Translations under genes and position numbers: made by a program | DNA from: Octopus sinensis | Taxonomy: Eukaryota | Assembly: GCF_006345805.1 (NCBI RefSeq) | Contig: NC_043002.1 | Location: forward strand, 40,858,001-40,922,000 | Direction of reading: 5' to 3' | DNA: 64,000 bases | Part shown: positions 52,136 to 64,000 of the stretch, in pieces | Layout: every line of letters begins with the position of its first letter | Numbering within the stretch: position 1 is the stretch's first letter | Notes under the pieces: model-generated | Seen by the model: only the letters and a program-made list of their open reading frames with translations | Databases searched by the model: none | What the model was told of the DNA's origin: nothing

Positions 52136-52964
52136 ATGCGTGTAGGAGCTAACAGTCTATCATGGCGTTCTGACATTTATATATATATTGTATATATGTA
52201 TATAGATATGTGTGTGTGTGTGTGGTGCATGTATGTAATATATGTATGTAATATACATACAAATATAATATAATTATATATATGTCTGTGTGTGTTTATT
52301 TATTTATTCATTCATTCTATATTTTGTAGCACAACACAAATAAAAAAAAAAACTCAACACACCTTTGTATTAGAAATGTGTCATGTCTGATGTATGTAAA
52401 TCCTCTTTAACATCCATATGACATACATATATTTATGAGGTATGCCAGTGTTTTGTGAGAATACATACATATACACATTTATCCATACATATATATATAT
52501 GGATATATGTATCAGTAAAGTACTGCTAATATTATAGGTGGTCTTTTTTTTTTATTACCTAAATAACATTACAGGTATAGCAGGGTGAATGGAATGTAAG
52601 GTAAGTCAAGCTGCTGCTTATTCAATCAACTGGCCCCCAGCTCCCGTTCCAGCCCCCAACGTCGTCAGCTCCAGCCCATGGCCCTCTGTTCTCTGCCGTG
52701 TCTATCAACTTCTATTATGATTACATACAGCTGAAGTGATCTATTCCCATGCATTCCACTTGAAAGCCGCTGTACACACTATATGCAGCCAGCTGCCAAT
52801 TTCTCTCTGAGCCTGAGCTTTTCAGGGTTTTATTTAGTCACCCAGGAACCGTAACAAAACAACAACAATACTAAACAACAATAACAACGAAAAGCTGAAA
52901 GAAAACAACCCTTAATAATTCTAGTGTAATTTATTATTTTTTTTTAATATCATTGTTCTTGTTC

Positions 52965-53380
52965 TTACTCTTCTTCTTCTTCTTCTTCCTCATCCTACCA
53001 CCACCACCACCACCAGTACTACTATTACCACTACATACCTCCCTTACACCACAACTACTACTACTACTACAACTACTACAACCACCACCACCAGTACTAC
53101 TATTGCCACTACATACCTTCCTTACACCACAACTACTACTACTACCACCACCACCACCACCACCACTACAACCACTACTACTACCACTACTACTACCACT
53201 ACAACCACTACTACTACCCCAAATCACCACCAGTACTACTATTACCACTACATACCTCCCTTACACTACTACTACTACTACTACCACCACCACCACCACC
53301 ACCATCACCACCATCACCGCCACTACCACCACCACTGCCATTGATGCAGCCACCGCCACCATCACTACTGCTCATCATTG
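52965..53380. repeat. (ACC/ACT)n trinucleotide tract with a higher-order repeated anchor
   Basis: CAGTACTACTATT(A/G)CCACTACATACCT at ~53014, 53092 and 53231. Confidence 0.85.
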
Positions 53381-53455
53381 ATTCAGAAGAAGAATATAGT
53401 GCAGCAAATATTGCAAAGTGCTTGGCATTTTTTTGGCTGAAACTCTTCCAAAAAA

Positions 53456-53490
<35 letters not shown>

Positions 53491-53951
53491 AATAAGAAAA
53501 AGGAACATTTTTGCGCTGACAGATATCATTCCACTTCTGATGGTTAATTCGTCTTTAATTAATACCTGTAAATGAAAAGTAAACACTACAATAAGAGAGA
53601 AGATGGAGAAAATTTCAACAATGCCTTTGACAGATGCCATGAATAGATAACTCCCGATAAATAGACAAGAGTCATGCAATATAAACCAAAAAGCAAAAGC
53701 AGAGTTGATGGTGGGGTGATGATGATGGTCGTGGTGGTAGTGGTGGTGGCGGCGGCGGGTGGGGGGACAATTATTGTAAGTGAGAGGGAGGGAGGGAGGC
53801 AGGGAGGAGAGAACAATGAATATTACAGATGGAACCCGCCACAAAAAACATCGAAATTTTTTACTATTACACAAGCAGAAAAAAGCTAAAGCAAAAAAAA
53901 AAAAAGGAATATACATACATGTGTGTGCGTGCACGTGTGTAAGTATATACA

Positions 53952-53990
<39 letters not shown>

Positions 53991-54001
53991 TATATATATA
54001 T

Positions 54002-54050
<49 letters not shown>

Positions 54051-54051
54051 C

Positions 54052-54083
<32 letters not shown>

Positions 54084-54111
54084 ATACATATATATATATA
54101 TATATATATAG

Positions 54112-54163
<52 letters not shown>

Positions 54164-54667
54164 TATATATATATATATATATATAGATATATTATATATA
54201 TATATACATATGTTATATATATATAATAATATATATACATATATATACATATGTTATACATATGTTTTATATATATACATGCACACATACATACATGTGT
54301 GTGTGTGTGTGTGTATACATACTCGCTAGAAAATGGTGATATATTAGCTTAGCAATAACAGAGAAAAACAGATTTTGCTAAATATTGGAGAAACTTTAAA
54401 GCAAGCACAAATGATGCCAAAATATAAATAAAAACTATCTGAAGTAATATATACACACATATGCATACACACACACACATACACACGTATGTATGTATGT
54501 ATGTATGTATGTATGTATGTAGTATGCATGCATGCATGTATGTATGTGTGTATGTATGTGTATGAGGCGATTTTGAATTCTCTTTATCATTTAAATAGTG
54601 TATACACTTTTTATTTTATTACAGTTCTGTTGTTAAGTATTTTCAATACATCTTTGCTGTTCTGGTC

Positions 54668-54714
<47 letters not shown>

Positions 54715-54723
54715 TATATATAT

Positions 54724-54754
<31 letters not shown>

Positions 54755-57700
54755 CATATGTAATATATTATTTCATATATTTTAGAAAATTGTTATTATC
54801 AGAAGACAAGAGAATATTCTATTCATTATACTAAATATGCCACATAATGAATCAAGTGTAAGAGTCCAAAGTCTGTGGAAGCAAGAGATACATCAGAACG
54901 CTACTATCCATGCCACCATTTGCACCCCCTAAAATTCGGGGGAGGGGAGCAATGAAAACACTTTGAACATTTTGGGTTGGATTTGGGTTTGCACCCTCTA
55001 AAAAATTTCGTTTCCACACTTATTTGTGATACTTTCAAGCAATTTAAAACTACAGATACAGTTGAAGAGCTGCTTAAGTCTGGAGGACCAACTAATCACA
55101 GTGAAACCCAGCCTCTATTATGATTCACTTTCAACAAAATCTATGCAGTTCAATACATCAGGCTGCTTTAAATGTGCCCTCTGGTTCCTGTAGTTATATT
55201 CAAAGCTAAAATTTAGTGACATGAAAAGTTTTCATTTGTCAATGGTTCAGATATTGGTTCCAAATTTTGGGACAAGGCCAGTTAATTCGGGGGATGGATG
55301 GGTTACTCAATGACTTAACTGGTAATTGCTTTATTGACCCTAAAAAGATGAAAGGCAAAACTGACCTTGGCAGAATTTGAACTCAACACATTAAGATGGA
55401 CGAAATACTGCGAAGCATTTTGCCTGGTGTGCTAACAGTTCTGCCAATTTGCCACCTTATCAATGGTTCAGATATTACCTTGATGATGTGAAATGCATAA
55501 GACTGGCAATATGTATACACATCATTGACTCAAAAGCCAGTGAGACAGACTACTTCATGAAGATTTTATTAGGTTATGAAGCCATATTTCATATTGGGGG
55601 TAGTGTCGACAAGTTAAATTGTCAACTAGGAGGTTATGAAAACCTCCAGGAAAAAAACTTTATCCTTCTTTCAATGAAGAAGAAGAAGAAGAAGAAGGAG
55701 GAGGGGGAGGAGGAAGAGGAAGAAGAAGAAGAAGAAGATATTATTTACAGCAAACTAATCATCTTCACTTACAGCTGTTTCAGTTAATACTCACTAAATA
55801 TTAAATATATATTTATATGATTTGTGCATTATAGGTTCATTATAGCAGACTGTTATAATGAATCCATAAACACATATAAAACAACTAAGAGTATAGTTTA
55901 TTTTCCTCTCTGAAGATATTATGCTCAGTCATATAAATATAAATTTAATATTTACTGGGTATTCATTGAAACAACTGTAGGTGAAGGTTATTAATTTGCT
56001 GTTAATAATAAACAATTATTAACTTCTCAATCTCCATTCTCTTTTTCTTCTTTTGTATGAATATGAACTATGTTTTTATATTAATTTTAAGGAAATTAAT
56101 TCCCCCAAAATACTAGGCATTAAACCAGTATTTCATAGGATGAAACCATCCTTTCTAATCGAATTTAGTTATATATATATATATATATACATATATAACT
56201 TCTCCCTCCTTACCTTTTTGCTCTCTTGCCATGTGTGCATCTATGTGCATATCTATGAGTGTGAAAGCAAGTATACATGCATGTGTGTGCCTGTGAATGT
56301 TGGTGCATGTGCATATATGTTTTATGTGCAAGTGTTTGGAAGCATGTGTGTATTTGCATGCGCATGTTATGAATTAATGGCGTATGTATCTTTGTTTAGT
56401 GGTTTATATGTGCCCCCATCTCTATCGCTTGCACTGATCATTATTATGAAACTAGCACTCCATCAGTTACAACAATGAGAATTCCAGTTAATCCGATCAA
56501 TGGAACATTCTGCTTGTGAAATTAATGCACAAGTGGCTGAGTACTCCATAGACACATGTACCCTTAACCCTTTTGTTACCATATTTATTTTGAGATGCTC
56601 TGTGTTCCTTTCAATTAATTTTAGAGATAACAAAGAATTTAATAAAATAACTCAGTTATCATTAAACTAGTGTTAGGAACATAAATTGTAACTAAGGTTT
56701 GGTGGAAGATTTTAATTCAAGATTTATGAAAACAAGACATTTGTACTACAGAGCCAGAGCCAGTTTCAGTCAGGTTGGTATTGAAAAGGTTAATGCAGTT
56801 CTCAGGGAGATTCAGTATGACACAGAATGTGACAAGGCTGGCCCTTTGAAATACAAATACTACTCATTTATGTCAGTCGAGTGGACTGGAGCAATGTGAA
56901 ATAAAGTGTCTTGCTTAAGGATACAATGCCCCACCAGGTATTGAACTCATGACCTTATGACCATGAGCTGCACTCCCTAATTACTAAACCACATGCTTTC
57001 ATTATTAGTATTACTGTTGTTATTGCTTTTATTATTATTGGTAGTCTCATTAATCATGACTGAGATGGCAGAATTGTTACTACACCAGAAGAAATGTTTA
57101 GGGGTATTTTTTCTGATTTTTTACATTGAGTTCAAACCTTGCAGAGGTTGACTGATCCTTTTGGGGGTTAATAAAATAAGTACCAACTGAGCACTGGAAT
57201 CAATGTAATCGACTAGCTCCTCTATATAAATTTCAGGCCTTGTGCCTATAGTAGAAAGGATTACTATTATTATTATTATTATTAAAGTGGAAAACTGGCA
57301 GAATCGTTAGCACGCAAGGTAAAATGCTTTGCGGTATTTCGTCTATCTTCGTGTTCTGAGTTCAAATTCCACTGCGGTCTACTTTGCCTTTCATCCTTTT
57401 GGGGTCAATTAAATAAGTACCAGTTACACACTGGAGTCGATGTAATCGACTTAATTCCTTCCCCACTATCTCCCCACTGAGATAGAAGGTATTAAATGGT
57501 TTTAGTTACATTGTGTTCTGTTATCAATCTGTAAGAATTCTTCAATGCAAGTGTCATCTATATAGTTATCATTAGAGTGAGTGTATATCTAATTTTTACT
57601 ATCTACTGTATGTGGTTTTACTTCTTACATGTGATATAATTATTGAATATGCAAATACACATTTTGATATCGTGGCACTCCATCGGTTATGGCAACAAGG

Positions 57701-58548
57701 GTTGATCCGATCAATGGAACAACCTGCTTGTGAAATTAACATGCAAGTGGATGAGCACTTCACAGACTACGTTTAATGTAGTTCTCGGGGAGATTCAGCA
57801 TGACACAGAGTGTGACAAGGCTGGCCTTTTGAAACACAGGTACAACAGAAACAGGAAGAAAGAGTGGGAGAAAGTTGTGGTGAAAGAGTACAGCAGGGTT
57901 CGCCATCACCCCCTGCCAGAGCCTCATGTAATTTTAGGTGCTTTAACTCAATAAACACTCACAACGCCTAGTCTGGGAATTGAAACTGCGATCCTATGAC
58001 TGTCAGTCTGCTGCCTTAACCACTGGGCCATTGCACCTGCACAGTTGATGTATATCAAGTCTGAAATGTGTATACTACTCCTGATTACAAGACTGAGCTT
58101 TCAAAGTCCTCTTCGTGGCTGTACAGTTATTAACTTAGCTTCTCAAGCACATAAGCTTGAGATCAGTGCCACTGCATGTCACCCTGGGAAAGTGTTTTCT
58201 ACTACAGCTTCAGCCCAGCTAAAAACTCGTGAGTGAATTTGGTAGGTGGAAACTGAAAGAAGCCTGTTACAGCTGTCTCTATCTAGCTGTCTGTGCATAC
58301 ATATATCATCATCATCATTGTTTAACATCTACTTTCCATGGTGGCATGGGTTGGATGGTTTGACATGGAGCTGTCCCGGTTCCAATTGTCTGTTGTGGCA
58401 TGATTTCTATGGCTGGATGCCCTTCCTAACATCAGCTACTTAACAGAGTGTGCTGGGTACCTTTTACATCCCACCAGCACAGGTGCATTTACAGACCTCC
58501 AGTACAGGTACTTTTATGTGCACTGTGGCACTGCACCTGAAAGACAAG

Positions 58549-58599
<51 letters not shown>

Positions 58600-58804
58600 C
58601 TTTATTTAAAAGCAGCAGAAATATAACAAAAGCTGTTACTCAGAGTTTCACATTCCTGTTTTGTCAGACAGTTGAACATGAACGTGAAACTCTGAGTAAC
58701 AGCTTTTGTTATATTTCTGTTGCTTTTAAATAAAGCATATTATTCTACCTCTGGTATTTGAGTACTCTTTTTCCACCTTTTTCACATTTATGTGCTTACT
58801 CCGG

Positions 58805-58810
<6 letters not shown>
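58600..58810. mobile_element. Penelope-like inverted terminus: 52-bp inverted arms (58600-58651 / 58684-58735, one mismatch) between (TA)n tracts
   Basis: Direct inverted-repeat reading; contains a hammerhead core. Confidence 0.65.
58633..58671 (-). ncRNA. Minimal type I hammerhead ribozyme relic
   Basis: CTGT-CTGACAA-A-ACA-GGAA-TGT-GAAA-CTC-T-GAG-TA-ACAG: all three stems pair, GUA cleavage triplet, G8->A substitution. Confidence 0.65.
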
Positions 58811-58837
<27 letters not shown>

Positions 58838-60592
58838 TATTTTATATATATTGAGGCAATGAAGAAAACAGAGAGAGAAGGGCATGTTATAACAAAAGTT
58901 ATATTAGTTTAATGCTTAGAAAGAAGACAAAAAAGTTTTGCTGTTTTGGACAATAGTCCTTCATCAAAAGAAAAAAAAAAATGAGTGCCTTGATGTCACA
59001 TGATATTTTTAAATGAGTATCATTTTCATATAAGCAGCATCATTAATTTCCAATATTCTGTGAAAGGATGTCTGGCCATGGTGTAATAATACCTTGCTTA
59101 AAAATAGGCGATGGTTGGCAACAGGAAAGGCATCCAGCCTTAGAAAATCTACCTCAATGAACTCTGTGTGACCATAGAAAAGTGGATGATAGAATGATGA
59201 TGATTTTATACTTTAGTCTCTCTAGTTAGTGGTCTTATGGTCCAAGCAGCAATGATTACTTTGATTCTGCTGTTATTATTATTATTATTATTATTGAAGG
59301 TGCATGGCTCAGTGGTTAGAGCATTGGGCTTTAAATTGTAAGTTCTATTCCTGGACTGGGCTGTGTGTTGTGTTCTTGAGCAAGACATTATTTCATGTTG
59401 CTCCAGTTCACTCGCCTGTAGAAATGAGTTGTGACAATACTGGTGCCAAGCTGTGTAGGCCTTTGCCTTTCCCTTGGATAACACTGGTGCTGTTCAGAGG
59501 GGAGGCTGGTATGCATGAATGACTGCTGGTCTTCCACAAACAGCCTTGCCTGGTCTTGAGTACCAGGGGCCAATGTAATTAACTCATTCATTCTCCTCAA
59601 AAACTGTTGGCCTTGTGCCAAAATTTGAAATCAATGTTCTTCTTATTCTCTCTTTCTCTCTCTCTCTCTTTATGTGTGTGAGTACATTTCCTTTTATGTG
59701 CACAAAGAGAGGAAAAGTCTTTATGTCAATCATGTTCAATAAACTGTAATGTTCTCTCTCTCTTTCTCTCTCTCTCACTCTCTCTATCTGTATTCTTTTA
59801 TTCTTTTGTTTGTTTTAGTAATTTAACTGTAGCAAATCGACCCCAGGATTTATTCTTTGTAAGCCAAGTACTTATTATATTGGTCTCTTTTTGTTGAACT
59901 GCTAAGTTACGGGGACATAAACACACCAACATCAGTTGTCAAGCAATGGTGGTGGGACAAACACAGACATACAAACATATATATATATATATGATGACCT
60001 TCTTTCAGTTTCCATCTACCAAATCCACTCACAAGGCTTTGGTTGGCCTGAAGCTATAGTAGAAGACACTTCCACAAGGAGCCACATTGTGGAACTGAAC
60101 CTGGAACCGGGTGGCTGGTAAGCAAGCTACTTACTACACAGCCACTCTTGCGCCTATAGTCACTCCTGCACCTATAAAGCCACTCCTGCATGTTATGAGC
60201 CACTCTTGCACCTATGTATGTGTATATTTCTGTGTGTTTATGTGTATGCATATTTACCTCCAGTGCCAAAATGTACAGTTGTCAAAACAGGTTCTGTGTT
60301 CAGTCAACTATGTCAAATCGCCAGTGTCCAAACCGTCACACCCAATCATCAGATTCCATCTGTAACTGCACAATTTATATTTTCACCTTCTACACAATTG
60401 TTTTGTTATACTCTAGAATGTCTAATTTTACACTCTAGTATGCACACTTATTTTATATTGCAAGCCTAAACACAATAAATGTGCAGCACCTTGCAATGGT
60501 AAGTTCTGCAAAGCATTATAGGTAGATGTGGCAGACAGAACTTGAAAACCCATATGGATGTGTGTGTATGTGTGTGTGTGTGTGCGTGTGTG

Positions 60593-60667
<75 letters not shown>

Positions 60668-61334
60668 TTGAGGGTGAATGGCCTAGATTGCTAGATTGTG
60701 GTTTCAATTCCTAGACTGGGTGATGCGCTGTGTTCTTGAGCAAAATGCTTCATGTTGTGTTGCCTGCAATCACTTCAACACCTGACGCATGGTACACAAT
60801 GCACCTGTTCAGATAACATCGATTTGTTGGAGAGAGTGAGCTAATGTGTAGCACAAGAATTTGATCACTATAAACGAATCATTTATGCAGGTCATTTGGC
60901 AGAAACGTTAGCACGCTGGGTGAAATGCTTAGCGGTATTTCGTCTGCCTCTACGTTCTGAGTTCAAATTCCGCCAAGGTCGATTTAGCATTTCATCCTTT
61001 CGGGGTCAATAAATTAAGTAACAGTTACACACTGAGGTCGATGTAATCGACTTAATCCATTTGCCTGTCCTTGTTTGTCCTCTCTGTGTTTAGCCCCTTG
61101 TGGGTAGTAACGAAACAGGTATTTCATCTGCTGAGGTCGACTTAGCCTTTCATCCTTCCGGGGTTAATAAATTAAGTACCAGTTACACACTGGGGTTGAT
61201 GTAATCGACTTAATCCTTTTGTCTGTCCTTGTTTGTCCCCTCTATGTTTAGCCCCTTGTGGGCAATAGAGAAATAAAAAAAGCTGTCGTCTTTGATGGGA
61301 GAGTTCATCATGTGTATGTGTGTGTGTGTATTTG

Positions 61335-61382
<48 letters not shown>

Positions 61383-62030
61383 TATATATATATATATGTG
61401 AGCATGCATGTGTTGGCTTGTTTGTTTACATTTGTGGTCATTTGTATGAAAATTACACCAAGCAGTATTGCTGTCATCTGTTTCCCTTGTCAAAATTTCA
61501 TGCAATCATTTTGTGTCTTTCAAAGATGTGTAGATTAAAAGATCCCTTATTCGAAAAACAAGTAAGGATTAGTGTTAGGAAGGGTATCCAACCTATAAAA
61601 CAATATCTCAAGTAATATATTTGTCCGACACCTGTGGGCATAGAAAAACATATGTAAAAACAAGTAGAATGAAAGGAATGTATATAAACGTGTGTGTGTG
61701 TGTGTGTGTGCACATATTTGTGTGTGTTTACATATACATACACAAACATATATACACATACATACACAGCATCACATGCATATGCACATAGACATACACA
61801 TATATACATACATACATACATACATACATACATACATACATACATAAATATCTATGGTATATGTGTTGTTTGCATTTTGTATGTGTGTATGTAAAGAAGC
61901 AGCTAACACTACAGATGGGAAATATTTGTGTGTGTATATATATGTGTGTGTGCATATATAAATACACACACACATATATATATGCACACACACATGAACA
62001 CACACATAAACATATATACAAACATGTGTG

Positions 62031-62062
<32 letters not shown>

Positions 62063-62479
62063 TATATATATGCCCACACACATAAATATATATACATACA
62101 TACATGTGTGTGTATATATATATGCATGTATGTACACATAAAATATATATATGTATATGTATGTATATATAATATATATCCATATGCATATACACATGTG
62201 TGTATGTATATAGATACACAGACAGCACATGCACACATACACATATATACATATATATATCTATATATAAATATATATCCATATCTGTGGTGTATGCATT
62301 ATCTGTGTTGTGTGGGTGTGTGTGTGTATGTGTGTGTGTGTGTCAGTGTGTATCTAAAGAAGCAACTACCGCTACAGATAGGATAGAGGATGCATGCTGC
62401 AAATAGAGCATGACTAATGTCATATTGAGGGACAAAGTACAACTACAGGTACGACAAGAGGAAGTAAAGAAAGACTCAC

Positions 62480-62527
62480 TTGGTGAATCGTCCACTTGAA
62501 GTGTGCAGGTGATACGCTGGAATCCGA
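62480..62527 (-). CDS. Gene 3 candidate 48-nt exon (all three frames open, e.g. GFQRITCTLQVDDSP)
   Basis: Very long pyrimidine tract + caag acceptor, CAA|gtgagt donor. Confidence 0.45.
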
Positions 62528-62955
62528 CTTGAGGCACAAAAGCAAAAGTGGAGGAAGAAATTGTTCAGTTGTAGGCGAATAAGTTTACAAAATGTGTATG
62601 TTACAGAAGAACAAACTAAACCCTGCTGTTTCCTATGGAAAGTTGTAACCTGCAGAACATGCACAATATATTTCTTTACTACCCACAAGGGGCTAAACAC
62701 AGACAGGACAAACAAGGACAGACAAACAGATTGAGTCGATTACATCGACCCCAGTGTGTAACTGGTACTTAATTTATCGACCCCGAAAGGATGAAAGGGA
62801 AAGTCGACCTCGGCGGAATATGAACCCAGAATGTGACGGCAGTTGAAATACGGCTACGCATTCTGCCAGCTTGCCGCCTTAGAACATGCACAATAGATAT
62901 ATGTGTGTGTGTGTGTACAAACATATATTTGTATAAATGTTTACGTACATGTGCA

Positions 62956-63017
<62 letters not shown>

Positions 63018-63591
63018 CATAGAATAAAAGTATGTACCAGGAAAACAGAAAATAGGACAAAAGAAAACACAACAGGGACAGGAATATATATATATGTTTT
63101 CATTCATCAATTGTTTATTGAAGTGCTGCAGCTTTGGTACATTAACAACATGACTGTTCACTTCAGGGTGTCAATAGACTTAACAGTAATTATATATATA
63201 TATATAAGAAACAAGTTTAAAATATTGGTCATTACATATTTTTCCTTTATTGGAGCAAATTTGGCTAACAGTTGTTTCCAGCGGTCATTATAGATACATT
63301 ACTGATAAGTTTACTCAATTGATCTATTGATCTATTGAAGAAACTTGAATGACCTAAAAAAATTAATGGTACTTTCATCAGAGCCATTTCTGGTTACAAC
63401 AAGCAGAGCACTTATATATATGTATAAAATTTCAGCTTTCATTTTACTGTAATGTATTTACAGTTTAAGTAATACTGAAGGGTCCTGAAAAGCTTGAAAT
63501 AGTACTATGTATGATTACCACTAACTAGAAACTGTAATAACTTTGTCATAGAGAATATATATATATACATAAACACACATACATACATACA

Positions 63592-63640
<49 letters not shown>

Positions 63641-63695
63641 GGTCCAACCCATGCTAGCATGGAAAGCGGACGTTAAACGATGATGATGATGATGA

Positions 63696-63737
<42 letters not shown>

Positions 63738-64000
63738 TCATCATCATCATCATCATCGTTTAACATATATATATATATATGTTCATACATGTGAAATCTT
63801 CATATCCTTTTCATCTTCCTTGATTTTGAATTCGAATTTCTAAGCTGGTCTCATGTTGCAAAGAGATAGTTACTTTGCTTGGTATTAATGGCCATTTAGA
63901 AGGCATCATGCATGTTTGAAGAACTTTAGTTGAAGTTTCGTGAAAATCCATTTTAATGTCGGATGTTGGTCAGAGCATGTGTGTTTATGAATGTAAGCCT

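Noticed and set aside
53383-53952. 189-aa minus-strand ORF with poly-His
   Set aside because: Mostly low-complexity sequence; only a short internal segment has exon-like signals
54786-56166. Plus-strand candidate exons at 54786-54857 and 56091-56166
   Set aside because: In-phase and open, but unlinked to any gene model and overlapping the tentative minus-strand gene; chance cannot be excluded

Overview
AT-rich, repeat-dense animal genomic DNA. The tRNA-head SINEs, (GAT)n-tailed RTE-related repeats, TTAA MITEs and extreme (TA/TG/CA)n content suggest an octopus-like cephalopod; this is an inference from recalled repeat sequences, not a search. Hand exon-chaining gives the 3' part of an unidentified + strand gene (exons 1004-11937, phases consistent), a tentative second + strand gene with small CpG-rich exons near 19.5-20.6 kb, and a tentative - strand gene between about 41 and 62.5 kb. 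None of the three proteins could be named. The rest is mostly TE debris: four SINE-like families, RTE and CR1 LINE fragments, an internally deleted Chapaev3-like transposon with TTA TSD, a ~2.1 kb long-TIR DNA transposon, mariner-, piggyBac- and hAT-type MITEs, MITE-derived tandem arrays and a foldback segment. The most unusual signals are (1) an exact 31-nt copy of the 28S rRNA R2 target site fused to ~450 bp of GC-rich non-rRNA sequence in an intron, with a degenerate HDV-ribozyme-like core, and (2) three different minimal hammerhead-ribozyme relics in Penelope-like termini next to (TA)n. Most ORFs in the supplied track are microsatellite artefacts. No CRISPR array and no complete tRNA or rRNA gene was seen.
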